Of a DNA stretch of 64,000 nt, positions 50,501 to 64,000 are shown piece after piece. The translations under genes and the position numbers were made by a program. Positions within the stretch are counted from its first letter, which is position 1; each line of letters begins with the position of its first letter. The notes beneath the pieces are model-generated. The model was not told the origin of the DNA and did not search any database. It saw nothing but the letters and a program-made list of their open reading frames with translations. This stretch comes from Takakia lepidozioides (taxonomy: Eukaryota > Plantae > Bryophyta), in contig CM060731.1 of assembly GCA_030704615.1 (NCBI GenBank), positions 48,236,001 to 48,300,000 on the forward strand, in the 5' to 3' direction.

Positions 50501-51650
50501 CATTGCTTGATCAGGTTTATCTTCTTGGTTCATCAATCTTGAGGATGCTCAATGTGGCTAATCCCAGGCACTTACAAGGTACATCACTTGTACATTGTCT
50601 TTTCTTGCTGGATGTCTCATGAAGATTGATGATACCTGTTTAAATCCTTGTAATTCAGGTTGTCGAATAAATAGGGTGACATATAATGATCCATTTTATG
50701 CCCTAGCTGCCAATTAATGTACTATGTGGTACTACCAAACAGTTGGCATTGCAAGGGTTAGCCATAACACCATAGTTTATGGAGTGGCTGGAAGGAGCCC
50801 CTAACCTTCAGTATATATGGGTAGCCGTATTCACTCTCAGCCATCTTCTTCAAGTTCAAGAAGTTGCTGAGCAGGAAGCCTGGAAGCTCTTGGCACCATG
50901 GCACACTTCAACGTTCTCTTCTTACCATTCCAGCTCTTTTTTAATGAGGTGCCTTGCCATTGCAACACTCACATCCTTTCAAGTTGGGAGCAGTTGCATA
51001 TTGCTGATTGTGTAGTAAGACTTATGTGCATTGGGCTTGCTAGCTTATAAAGCTCTCCCACAGTGGACTTCTTGTTTCCTACCTTGTAGATGAGCTCCCT
51101 TTGGAGTGGAAATTGATAACAAGTGGGCTGGCCTTGAAAAGCCTGATATTCCACGACAGTCACTAACCTATGGGTTGTGAGGTTGCTATATGGGACCAGG
51201 AGGTTCCAGCCCTTTCTCTTGAGATTGACTCCTCTGCAGGACTGCGGAAGAGACAACATGGAGGCTAATTCTTTGCCTCTTTGCTGTGTTTGTTTTTGTC
51301 CTCACTGTTTTGCTGCTTTTTGAAGGTATCAGGGGTTTCAGTAGGTCCACACCCTTCACAGGCTGTGTTTGGGATTTTCCTACTTGGCATGTCTATTTTT
51401 GGAGGAAAAGGACCATGAAAGACCGTCGTGATCCTTCTCCTAGACCTGAAGAACAACGCTACACAAAAAATCAGCATTGATATGCATCTACTTCCTTCTG
51501 GGGTGTTCCAAGTTTAAAGGTACGCACAGATCTGAACTTTGCCTAGAATTGTTGTCCCTTCCTAGACCTAAGGTGATTGGTGTGACTTGTGGTCACCCTC
51601 CCACCCACAAGGTGTTGGTTTTGGGCAAAAGGTACTGCTGTTTATGTACT

Positions 51651-52070
51651 CTAGTCTTCCTCTACAGCTGGTCTGAATGGACAGACCTGACCTGCTATTG
51701 CAGTATCGACCGGGATCCTACTGCAGACGGAGGCTCTAGCATGCCGCATACTTTCAGCCTCAGGGTCAGCGGTATATAACAATCTACAAAACGATTCAGC
51801 AATGGCATTCAGCTTCTTAGGGTGAGAATGGGAAGAATTCAGGCTGTCTATGGGGGAAAGAATGGATTGAGAAGCCCCACGCTGCTTATTTTTTAAGAAA
51901 AAATACCTACTCATCTTTTGGCCCTTTAAGGACCAGTTGATCCCTGCCTTCATTTTCAAAAGCAGGTCTCTGGATTTCTCCAACAGACCCAGGCGACGTT
52001 TAGCTTCTAAAAGGGTATGGGGGCCCTGGCGATTCAGTTCCAGCTTCTTCTGTCAACATTGAATTGCTTT
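51651..52070 (-). mobile_element. L1 ORF2 linker fragment
   Basis: KAGINWSLKGQKMSRYFF parallels KAGINWFLKGEKMSACFF of the large LINE. Confidence 0.7.
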
Positions 52071-52368
52071 GCTTTATTCTTAGGTGGGTTCAAACAAAGC
52101 CACGTATATACTCACAAAACTTGATCTTTTGGGGTTTCCTTTTTGTCTTTAATTAAAAAGAAGGAATCGCATTCAGACTTCTTTTCTAGTCTTAACATGA
52201 CCTAGCCTCCGACTTTGAAAAATATTGACTTACTACGTCACTTTCCCTTTCTCCCTCTCTCTGCACCTATTTCTGGACCCCCCTGGTATACCATCGGAAT
52301 GCACACGATGCAAAACATCAGTTTTTCAAAGATCCAAGGTACAGTGGGAATGGAAGGGGGATGCTCAC

Positions 52369-52935
52369 TTGCGGTCATCGGCTGGCCTTGGGAAGGGGAT
52401 GCGAAGCTTCAAAGGAATACCCTTGTGTGCAGCCTGCACTTACAAAAGTGAATAAGCAATCACTCCTATTGACAAAAAGATAGAAACAAGGTTAAGATTT
52501 GCATGCAATGGCATGGTGGACATGGAACCTGCACCGTTCTGGACTGAGCAAGACAGACATGACACTCATTCGTACCTGAAAATTGAAGCCTAGGTGATCG
52601 ACTTGCAGAATTTTGGCATAGTCCACCTGTACAGATCATTCATTTGAAAGCACAAATTACATCTCGGTCATTAATCTTTGCATTCTACAATATAAAGAAT
52701 GATGCACTGGTGTCTGTGCCCATATTTCAACACATGACAACTACACAGGTAATTGGGTAAGATATTACGATTTTTTCACAAGGTTCACCTCATGTGATCC
52801 CAAGGTGTATTTTCTGTTTACACACAGCACTTGACACAAGGAAAGTAGAAAGTAAGTGAATGTGCCTTGGACGGGGCAGTAAGGTCACCTTAACTCCAAC
52901 AGAGTTTTCTACAATCTGCCTGGTCTCATCTCCCA
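52369..52935 (-). pseudogene. HOZ: HOZ-like gene, C-terminal exons (displaced half)
   Basis: Exons ~52935-52889 (DETRQIVENSVGVK), 52626-52576 (VDYAKILQVDHLGFNFQ), 52433-52369 (AAHKGIPLKLRIPFPRPADDRK) with GT-AG sites. Confidence 0.75.
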
Positions 52936-55071
52936 AGCTACACAACCGATCGGGCTGGGCTCTTCGTACAGAAACACTCGGCACTTGAGGTCCCTCAGGT
53001 CATTGATACATGCTCTCAACCGATGGACAACTTGTGAGGTCTTGCACACCATTCACAGAATGTGTATGCTATGCTCAAAAGACTCAGTCTCCCACTGCCT
53101 CTCAAGGCCCAAAAAAGCAAGATCAAAGGCAAGCTGCCTGAGAAAGAAAGAGATGTTCTAACATCCAGCAACAGCATCAGAACCACCGCAGCAAGTATAT
53201 TGCCCCTAGCGTTTGCTACGCAGGTTAAGATGAGCCTTTACTTTCGAATTTCTGTTCTTTCTGTGTTTCCAGTTCATATCCATCTCAATGGCAGGGTCAG
53301 CCATCAGGAGAGTCGCCAGCATTCTGGTGGTTGACGAGCCCAAACTGCACTGGACCCACATGCAATCATAATATTTTTATGGTATGGTATCAGAATTAGT
53401 TCGCCAGCTGCGGATCCCTCCCTTTGCCCAGGAGAGCATCTCCCTACTCGGCCCACAATTCCACCCTACACCTTATCCATAAAGATTTTACTAAGAAGGG
53501 CACAGACACGGTGTGATTTATTTTCAAAGATGTGAGAGTACGTAGCTTCCCAAACCTGCCAATCCCATACTTGGCAGGAAATCTTCGGAGTGGAAGGACT
53601 GCAGTTTCGAAGGAAGGAGTGATCTTGAACATCGAGATTCTGCTGAGGCAAGTAGAATTCTGAGTTTGGACCGAAGAGAGTAAGCAAAGGGGCGCGCTAC
53701 AAAACAATGTTCTTAAGTTTCCGCAGCCAAAGAAGTTCAGGAAAAACAGCAGTTATCCTGAGGACCTTTCAAGAAGGAAAGAGGAAGAATGCGGTTGCAT
53801 AGAAATGCGCTGTGCTTTGCAGCCCAAAGTGGCCAATCAAGATTGTATGACTAAGCACTTGGTAATACTGCCAAGTAGATGTTTCACTTTGATACATCCC
53901 TGCTCAAAAATTGTTTCAGAATTCGACAATTTCACTGTTGTGTCAATGTGAACCCTGTCATTGGAGAACTTATCATGATCTAATGAATGCAGTAAATGTC
54001 AGATTTTTAACAAGACTCACATATTTGTTCATCGGACTTCCAAGTTGTTCCTCCTCTTATGAGAATTGTACCCTCCTTTGATAAGTCAGGTTCAAAGGAG
54101 TAATCTTGCTGATTGTTTGCAAATCAATGCTCCAATTATATTTCTTCCTCATACCTGGCATAAAATGTAAACTTATCATGCAAAGATACTTCTCCCTAAA
54201 TCCTGAGTAGATAATCTTTGAATGGTCGAGAGACAAGTGAAGGATACCACAATGACAAGTGATGTATCTTTAGGAATGTAGATCCACAAAATCGCGAAAA
54301 GACGCAGACATGTTGAACCTGGGCATTGTTGTATGCCCACTGATTGGAAGGGATTTCATACAGCATTCCCCTGGCAGAGGCTGCGAGATCCATGGTCCAT
54401 TTACAAACTTTTGGGGGTTGCGAAGGTCACATGATATAGATGTCATGCAATTGTAACCTGTACTTCCAATTACCGCCTTCATAGTGATAGCAATTGCCTG
54501 TTCTGTGAATTGGACTGTGCCGAGTTAGCTTTTTCTCAGTCCTGCTATATAAAATGGCCTTCATCACTGGATTAGGTAAGAAAATGAGAACCTTATGATA
54601 CGAAGAGTGACTTGGCCTGTTCCTGCAGACCCACCAACAGAAAATATGGTAAATACCAAATAGCAAGGAGGTTAGTGGTAGAGTGTAAAAGGATGCCAAA
54701 CAGGAGTGATTGAATGGTACCATGGTAAACTTACGAAATTCAATGGTCTGAATCTCCACTTATATGTTGAATTGTGTGTGAACAAATGAAGGAATTGGTG
54801 TCACGCAGATCACGGATGCATTGTGTTGTCACAAAGAGGGATATACTAGGGGTAAAGCCTTTGACAGCCCATCCCCTACAGTTGCAGACATTCTAACTTT
54901 TTCATTACTTAATCTCCGAGTGTCCCTCAAGTCAGCGCAAAAGTTTGGCTGCACAACAGCTGTCTTATAGAGAACCCAGTGATGAAACATTGTATTACGC
55001 AACCGTTTATTTGCTGCTGGCCTTTCTGAGAATTTGTAAGATGCACTTCAAGACCGCAAGTGCTGAAACTC

Positions 55072-58000
55072 TCAAGAATAACTCACCATATTGTCATCTA
55101 GATCTGCAGTGTCGAGCTCCATCACTTGAGGACCATGAGATAATTTTGGTCTCAAAGATACTGCTGGTTGGGCATGCTTCTCATGGGGTAAATTGTTCAC
55201 CACCTTTTCTCCCAAAGGAACCCTGTAAAAGTGAAAAAAACTGTTCTAAGAAAACCCATTGGTCAACAGACTGTTCGCCAGCTTCACTTATGAACTCTCA
55301 ATTACTGCTGATTCTGATAGCAGTGGGCGAGAAACTGAGTCTAAATACCCTGTGGGAACTGGCTTGCCTTGGGTAAACACGTACTTACTCACTACAGAAG
55401 GGTAGAAGTCATATGAAGACAAGTGTGCGCAAATAAAGAATAGGTAAACTGCCCAATACCGAGCTTTTTTTGAAGGCTTTAATGTACTCTTCTTAGCAAC
55501 ACCAAGTTTTTGCTCCTTATCTGCAAGCCAGAATTTATTCAGGAGATCAGCATGTACCACCCTAATACTGTTCATTCCATCCTTCAGTCCTTAGATCACC
55601 GTTATGAGGAGGATGCAGTGGCAGATGCAATAAAAATGGGCAAGATAGAATATGGACTCTCCATATGTACCCAAAAGCAGTAACCAATCAGCATAATATC
55701 ACCTGGCCACCTTAGACACCATGACTGCTGACAATAAAGCTATTCTTGTAACCATTTTCCTTTTCGTTGGCTGTGCTATTATAGAAAAACAGCACAGGGG
55801 AGTGGAAGGAGTGCAAACTAGAAGGCAAGAACAGGAAGTAGAGAACGCACCAAATTGATGCTGTGAGAGGGTTTCAAGGAACCGTTTCCCTTGTGAGAAT
55901 GCTTTTGTGGTCACCTTATCCGCGTTGCTGTCCAACCAACAAAAGTGAGGGGAAGGGAGCATAGGAAAGAAAGGAGCATATGAGGAAAGGGGATTGTTTA
56001 GGTAATGAGGATGTGTTGGCATTGAGCCATTGCTCCACTCTCGAATGTGATATGAAGATGCTAGACTATGCAAGCATACACCTCCCATTGTTTTATTACC
56101 AGATGCATCTTCAGTTTGTATGCCGGTATATTATGATGTACCTGAGAACTTTTCTCAAGTCTGCGGAGGTTGAGTGCTTTGGTGGTCGGCCAAACTTGGT
56201 CTCCTTAGGGGGGCTCATCATGTCTAGCTGCACGGCTTGAGCTCTCTTAGTTCCGGGGCCTCTGAATGCAGTGGCCAAGTTCCTGCAGTGTATAGGGGAC
56301 TCCTGAAATTCAGTGATGGCCTCAAGAATATTTTTGTTTTTCGAACTGCGCTTCGCGCTTTGCGCCTCGCTCTCCTGTCGATTAGTGGTCCGAATTTAAC
56401 CATCCACACCCGGTGTTCCAGCACCGGAATAGTTACCCGTCTCACCGCCGGGGTCTATGCGCTGGGGCTAGTTACTAGTTTGCCTCGGAAATTGTAGACC
56501 TGAAAACGCCTACGGACTCCCATACCACCACAATTTAAAAAAAGGCAGTTTTTGTTCTTCGGGCGCCGCTTCTACGGTTGAAGATGTTTTATGCACAATG
56601 AGAAAAGCAAGAAGCCAGAACATATTTTTTCTATCCAGACTCCACCCAGAGCAAAATCAAGGTTTGCAACTCCCCATTCAGTCAACCAGATGTCACCAAT
56701 GGAAATGATTACACACACCCGCCACTGAGTTCAGCCCTCTGGGTTCGGTGCTGTTGATAAGCTGTCTGCATTCCCCACCATTTGTAAAATTGGTCATCAG
56801 CTATCCAGTAACAAAGAACATTTGCACCAACATTCAGTGTGACCAAAGCTTCTTCTAGGATGAAATAGCACAAGTTACCCATTCAAATTGTACTGGATTT
56901 ATAAATAATATCTAGGACCTCTGTCATGTACATACACAACCCCACCATCTCTGTAAAGTTATGGTAACTTACAGCAAGATGGTACTGGCAAAAATCTCCT
57001 TGCTGTCTCCTGCAGCTCAAAGGCATTTCTTCGTCAATTAGACTATAACCCAGATCAGTTGGCCAAGATGTAGAAATTCTTAGGCCTTTCAGCAAGCCCA
57101 CTGCACTACAGATATAAATGCCTTAATAACTACAATTTATAGCAGGAGTTTCAGCATCAGAAGTTACAAGAACAGAATGCCAAGAGCACCTACTTGTTGA
57201 CAACCATGGTGCAGAATGTGCCATCTCTCCGTTTTCCCTTGCAAACAGCGTAATCAGCTGAAGTTCCCACCTTTGACATTTGCATGCCTTTGAACACACT
57301 GAGGCTTGGCTCCTTGCTCTGTCAGGTAGACAAAAGAAGCACTAAGATTTCCCTACCCCAACAATGGCAAACAATCTTGCATACATGCTTCTGGCGTGCC
57401 TTCGCAGTTCTAGCCTTCCACTGCAGATGTGGCAGCACCACTTTAGCCAGACCCGTCTCTTGGTTTGAGGAAACTGCTAGACAATGACAGACAGGAACAA
57501 ACTTCAATCTTTTTTGAAGTCTCACCAGACTCTGCCCAAGTAACTACAAAAAGTAATGCAGTTCCAATCTTTTCTTGAAGTACACATTTCCCCTCCCTCC
57601 ACATCTGCCTTATTGGTCTTGTTGGTGTCCCTCTCACACTCTCCAAAGCTGTCTCTAACACCTTCATCCCTCTCTTTGTCCCTCTGTGTTTGCATTCCAT
57701 TATATCCATATGGTTCCTTTTCAATAATCCCCGCGCCTTTCGTTCGAGCAACGGATCGAATAGCAAGTCCACGGAGGTTGACTTCTAGAGTTGTATTGCA
57801 TTTATAGATTGTAGGTTTTTTTGCAGTCATAACAATCAAACATATTCAAATTGCATGCAAGATTCTTAGCAACAACACCCGCTGCAATCAAGGAACAAGA
57901 TGTGAAAAGCATCAACCAGAAACTACTGCTGGTGCAGCAATACACTACTGCAGTTTCGGCCTGAATCAAGCCACACAACAATCAAATGAGCTCTAGCACT

Positions 58001-59949
58001 AGAGGTAGATTGCAGACACAACACATGGTGATTTCGTCAAAGCAGCCCTTACCCGCTCATCAGAACGAACTTTAGCACTGAAAACAGCAAAAACAGCGCC
58101 TGCTGACTCTTTCCAGTGTTGATTGTAGGCATCTCCAAACAGGAAAACAGAGACTACAGTCCCATCGAGTGAAGCTAATTTCCAGACCACAAAATTCTTG
58201 CCAGCTGCACTGAGTTTAGGGCGCCCTTTCTCAATTACAACACCGACTGTTGCCCAGGCCCCTTTGAGCTTGTTCCCCATGGTTGCCATTCTGACATAAT
58301 ATATATATTAGCTCTCGAACGAAAGGCAGTAGCCCTTCGGGGTGAAGGGACACCATGAGCTACGCTTGCTTCGGCAAGAGTCTTCCTTCTTTTCTCATTT
58401 TTTTAGCTCTCAAGAACTGCCTATTTGATGAGGATCCCACGTGTATCCGGGCATACATAAACCAGTCATGTTGTCTTGGCACTAAGAGAGTCTGAATTGT
58501 AGCAACAATCAACATACAATCAATCACAGTTACATAATGGAATACTCATCAGACACATTTGCAAGAGGTAGAAATATGGCTAGTCCAGAATAAGAGGGAA
58601 TTTACTGCTAGTTAATAGGGAGTAGAGGTGTGTCTGCTGTGGTAGGGTCTAGAGAATCTTAGAAAGTATAGTACCAGAATTTGCATCTTACTTGGAACTA
58701 AGAAACATGTGAGGGGATACATACTTGATGCCTTGTAGCCGAACAAATTTGAGATCATAAAACATGCTGTTAAGAGTGGCGGGTGGGACCAGCCTGTCCC
58801 TGTAACCATAGAAGCAATAGAGTCATATCCAGGCCCACAAACAAGTATAAGAAGTCTAAAGGGGATGATATCTTCAATGAGCTAAACCACTCATTGATAC
58901 AGTTTTGATGGGGTGTAAACAGCTCATTACGAAGGGTGCTTATGCACAGGTCTCATTACCTTACATGCTACACCAATTAAATTGGTGTGACTTTGAACAT
59001 CTGACTCAAATAGACTTTTTTATTGGTAAGACTCCGAGCTGTGAGATGTGTATACTGTTATGTTAGGCATGAAGCTGTACTCCTGGACACCTGAAGTCAA
59101 CAAGGAGATGGCAGTAACAGATTTAGCTCCCACTTGGTAATGATCCAGCTGCTACTTTTGAGAGCACAACAGCCTTATGTTCACAGCCCACCTGATTCTC
59201 AGACCAGAGTGCTCATCAACATCGAATCCATTGGTAAATGACTTGCTGCCTTGCTGAGAGTTGAAGCTTGCTGGAGCCAAGTGATCTGACTCAGGGAGAA
59301 AATTCCTTGCGACATCTCTAAACGCTGCCATGGTCACTTTTCCTTTTGGTCTGGGGGCATCCTCCTCGGAGCAATAACCTTCAAAAGCCAGTCACGTAGT
59401 CAATTTGACTGCAGGACCACTGAATGCGGGTATCGTACTGGCACCTTGACTTGTTTTGGATAAAGACTTCTGAGTGCATGAATGGGTGACCAGAACATGG
59501 GAGAAATTTACCCGCAGTGCGTGCAGGTGCAGATGGCTCGCTTGATAGATCTGGCATTGCAGCCTTGGAGACCTGTGCAGGCGAGCACAACACTCGCTGC
59601 ACCTTGGCTCCAAATCCCTTCCCTTTCTGTAACAACTGCACGCTCCCCGCTACCTCTTCGATGTGCTCTGCTAAACACAACCGAAGAGGCAGAAAATGTA
59701 CTTAGAAGAACAAACTCGCATCCAACAGATAGATAGAAATCTGCCGGAAACTCCGGCAGGGTAGGGAGTACTTGGCCTACATTCCTGTCCAGAAGCAAAG
59801 CATGGTTTCTTTTACTCTCACGAGACGGAAATTTAACGAAACCTACCGTTTGCATCTCGGGTATCACATGAGGCGCGAGGACTTTCCGGTATGGATTTGT
59901 CAGACTGTAGCATCATCAGCAGCTCCAAATCATCCTCCTCATTTTCCAT
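55072..59949 (-). CDS. MCM10: Minichromosome maintenance protein 10; last exons and stop are approximate
   Basis: Exons 59949-59847 (MENEEDDLELL), 59378-59192 (DEHSGLRIR), 58799-58725, 58290-~58053 (WATVGVVIEKG..FLFGDAY), 57318-57194 (GTSADYAVCKGKRRDG..C), 57009-56973 (FCQYH), 56765-56719 (RAELSGG), 56282-56142, 55927-55851 (ADKVTTKAFSQGKRFL) plus further 3' exons. Confidence 0.92.
58317..58402 (+). mobile_element. 5'-truncated SINE-like insertion in an MCM10 intron
   Basis: 9-bp TSD ttagctctc (58308-58316, 58403-58411), T-rich tail, similarity to 26041-26086. Confidence 0.7.
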
Positions 59950-62109
59950 GTATGCTGTAGCCTCTTGAGGGAAAACGGGGGATCCTCAAGGAATACTAGA
60001 ACAGAAGTAGCGAATTTTTCTCCCCAATCTGCGTGGAGGGGAAGTTGAAAAAGTTATTGAACATCTCACCAAGCTTTAGTTCACCTGCCCGCATTAACAA
60101 TTGAGGAAGCCTAATATAAACCATGTAGGTGTTGGAGGGGCAAACGAGGGAACATAGGTGGCACTGATTGCTATCAATGGCAGCCAAGTAGAATTGAGCA
60201 AGAAGGCAGAGGGAGAGACTAGACAGACTGAAAGAGACCCGCGAACAGGGAGACAGCCTCTTGAGGCGAGACCAGCACTAGAGAAACCTTACAGTGAGCA
60301 CGAAAAAACAGGAAAGAGAGAGGAGGATACAACAGCAATGACGTGTATGGTGACAGAATGCCACTTACGTTTGGCCTTGCTCCAAGAGCTACAATTAACG
60401 CTCTGCTTCCCTTCGCAAGAGAAGAGCTGCCATCAACCACCTTCAATTCACCGCTAGCTCCTGCCAAGGTGATCAAGAAGCCAGAGCAGGAAAATCCTGG
60501 TCTGGAGCCTTGCACCAAGAAGGTAAACGCGCTCTGCCTTCCAAATTGAAGAGCCCACACTTGCAAATGGCGCCAAGCACTAATAAGGCAGAGCGTGACG
60601 CTTAAACACGCATGAACCCAACTCCAAGGCGCCAAAGAACAGAGAACATAGAACTTTTCCCGCCAATAATCCATCCTATCTTTTATGGGCTTTTCATCAC
60701 CGTCTTTTACAGGGGTGAGATGACAAATCGAAGTTGTGAAATGCAGTGTGGATCCAACATGCTGGAGCCCAGGACCTTGCAAGGGATCGCTGCAACGCAT
60801 GACCACAATCCACGGATAGTGAAGACAGGTATGGGGGCGTAAGTATTTGCGTACTTCATACTTTGGGGGTTCTAGCCCATTAGGGTGTGGGAAATCGGAC
60901 CGCAAACGCCACATGGCTCTGGCGAAGTCAATGATATTGCTGTTGTAGGGAATCGAGTGTTGATGTGGGGGCAGGTATAGGCATTATGCTACAGAACACT
61001 GCTTTGATGCGAGACTACTGCTTCTATTGCCCCCAATTCGACACTTGTGGCTGTGATTGCACTGCCAGTACTCCGTTTTTTAGAAAGGTGAGAGAGAGAG
61101 AGGGAGTGTGTGTACAATGTGCATCAGAAGCCCGGAGAGTCTCTGGGGCAAGGAGCCAACACACCACATCAAGAGATAGACAGGCGGAGAGGGGGATTGA
61201 TCAATTATGAGTTAAGAAAGATTTTTTATAAGCACCAGCGCTCCTCTGTAGAGGGCCAATGCAATCGGAAGATTGTCATATGATGTGGTTTTTGCACGCA
61301 GGTCAAGCAATGAGCAAAGAACGACTCTGGCAGGAGTTCCATTCCGATCCTTCACAGTGGTGGGACAGAAGGTTTGATTTGATAAGGTAAGGGAATCTTC
61401 ATTTAGAACTTGAAAGCGTTTGTCAAGCAGGGCGCTAGACTCAAGATGGGCAGGATGAGGTTTTGTGGCTCTCTGGTTACTTAAATTAAATTCTCTTTGT
61501 AGTTGAAATAGTAAGAGCGTTCCTACTCTTCCTGTGAGTCGTTATTCGGAAAGCTGCCGGGAAGATGCTTGGATCTTGGTGGTTAAGCTGGTCGACGCAA
61601 GGCTTTGATTCACCTGGGTATGCACAGGAATGTCTCATATCACCGGACTTGAGACCTAGACGCACAAACGAGGTCCTTTGGATTAAGGGTTGGGCAAACC
61701 CTCCTTGGGTGGAGCCATAGCTAGCTACCACCCTACAAGTTCTAGCACAATCTGGTGCTGGCTCAAATATTGATGCACACCATGAATCTCCAGGCAGACA
61801 ATACAGCTGGTATTGTTTAGATGATGAATCAAGAGTCCCAACTCAAACATGTACTATTGGTACTGATTAGTACTGATTATTCTCAAGTGGATGACTGCAG
61901 CAGTTTGTAACCCAGTTTATGTCAATCAACAAGCCCGGAGAAATCTTTCTTTGAAGTATGGTGGAGTACTCATATATAGTGTTAATTCGACTGCATAGGT
62001 TTGTAACTGAGGGTTTGAGTCATGTGGAATGGCAGGGCTGAATCAAGCATCTTTGTTTATACCAGGCATTTCCAGCAGGGCCACTGCTTCTAAAAAGTGG
62101 AGCAGGAGA

Positions 62110-64000
62110 AGGAGTCAACAAGAACTCTTCTGGCACTTGTGAGGATGTAAGGACACCATGTAAGGCACAACGATCAAAAGAGGTGCTGCACATTTTGGAC
62201 CATCGAGACATTTTAGCAGACTCCAGTACTTGCATTTCTATCTTGAGGCAGTGCATCAAATGTAAAGACCTACAAATACGAAAGCAGGTGCATGCCCACA
62301 TTATACAAAGTGGATTCAATCCAAACTCTTGGCACTCAACACCCTTGTGAACATGTATGCCAAGTGTGAGGGCGTGGTGGATGCACGCCAAGTGTTTGAC
62401 AATATGCCTAAATGAGATGTCTTTACATGCACGATAATGATGTCAGGATATACAAAGCATGGATGTGGGAGGGAGGCTTTTGAGATTTATCAGCAAATGA
62501 GACAGGGAGGGGTTACGCCCAACAATGTCACCTTCATATTTGCCTTCTCAAGGCATGTGCCAGCCTAGGTACCCTGCAGAAGGGCAAAGTGGTCCATGCT
62601 GGTATTCTAAAAGCTGGAATTGCAACAGATATGATTCTGGAGACTGCTGTGCCAGCCTAGGAGCCCTGAAACTGGGTAAAGATGTCCACTCTCACATCGT
62701 GACAGCTGGACTGGGGAATACCCTGGTTGACATGTATGCAAAATGTGGGAGCATAGAGGATGCAAGGAAAATATTCGACAGTATGACTGAACGAGATGTG
62801 GTACCATAGAATATGATGATCACTGGATATGCTCAGCACAGGTGTTGCAGGCTTGCTTTTGAGCTGTATGAGCTAATGATGTTGGAAAGGGTGACACCCG
62901 ACAAGATCACATTCCTTTGTGTTCTCAATGCTTGTGCCAGCTTAGGAGCCCTTGGAAAGGGCAACCAGGTCTATGCTGATATTGTCCAAGCTGGAATTAT
63001 GCCAGATATCATTCTGCAGACCACCCTTGTGGACATGTATGTCAAATGCGGGAGCTTAAAGGATGCATGTCAAGTGTTTGACAGCATGGCTCAACGAGAT
63101 TTGGTCTCATGGAATGTAATGATAGGAGGATATGCTCAGCATGGGTGTGTTTTGGAGGCTTTTGAAACTTTTGAGCAAATGATGCAGGCAGGGGTGATGC
63201 CCAACAGAGTCACATTCATGTGTGTTCTCAATGTGTGTGCCAGGCTAGGATCTCTGGAGAAGGACAAAAAGGTCCATGCTGACATCATGAAAGCTGGAAT
63301 TGAGCCAGATGTTTCTATGGAGAATACCCTTGTTGACATGTATGCTAAATGTGGGAGCCTAGAGGATGCACGCCAAGTGTTTGACAATTTGGCTGAACAA
63401 GATGTTGTCTCATGGAATATTATGATTGCAGGATATGCTCAGCATGGGTGTGGTAGGGAGGCTTTCAAGATGTACGAGCAAATGAGAAAGGAAGGTTTGA
63501 TACCTGACAAGTGTGTGTGTCAATGTGTGTGCCAGGCTAGGTGCCCTGGAAAAGGGCAAAGAGGTCCATGCTGATGTCATGAAGGCTGGAATTGCATCAT
63601 ATGTAGATTTAGAAACTACTCTTGTCCACATTTATGCCAAATGTGGGAGCACAAAGGATGCACGGCAAGTGTTTGACAGTATGTCTCAACGAAATGTTTT
63701 CTCATGGAGCACAATGATCGTAGGATATGCACAGCATGGGTGTAGCAGGGAGGCTTTTGTGATCTATGAGCAAATGATACAGGAAGGGTTGACACCTGAT
63801 AAGGTCACATTCATTGGCCTTCTCAATGCGTGTGCCAGCTTGGCTATCCTTGAAAAGGGCAAAGAGGTGCATGGTGACATCATCAAGGCTGGGATAGCTC
63901 CACATGCAAATTTGGAGAATGCTCTTGTTAATATGTATGTAAAATGCGGGAGCATGACGGATGCGGCTCAAGTGTTTGACAATATGGTTAAACAAGATGT
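62110..64000 (+). pseudogene. PLS-class PPR pseudogene, paralog of 34569-36302; runs off window end
   Basis: Shared start ctggcacttgtgaggatgt; P-L-S repeats with several stops and frameshifts; longest open piece 62813-63574. Confidence 0.9.

Noticed and set aside
60219-60914. 231-aa minus ORF upstream of MCM10
   Set aside because: No recognisable domain; may be decayed LINE 3' sequence but unsupported

Overview
Eukaryotic nuclear DNA from a land plant, probably a non-seed lineage (PLS-type PPR style, PHD-bearing Gypsy integrase, RTEX-like LINEs); the species cannot be determined from this window. Host genes: a MATE/DTX transporter (-, runs off the left edge), a PLS-class PPR gene cut off after E1 plus two PPR pseudogenes, MCM10 (-), and a HugZ-like HOZ pseudogene split into two halves in permuted order. 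Most of the rest is transposon-derived: a near full-length L1 LINE, a TIR/TSD-bounded Mutator-like element with two genes, RTEX-like LINE copies tied to (TC)n, CACTA, hAT and SINE remnants, and an intact-looking small gene with a HEPN-like RxxxxH motif. The standout is a Gypsy-type (Gag + DDE integrase + PHD) element at 5286-11184 inside the L1. Instead of two LTRs it has split direct repeats (A-internal-B-A-B), TGTC...GACA ends, a 4-bp TSD, an internal palindromic end-to-end junction (GACA-gc-TGTC) and a Tf1-like self-priming PBS. This suggests a retroelement that integrates from a 2-LTR circle opened inside the LTR. Family assignments come from motif recognition and recall, not database searches.
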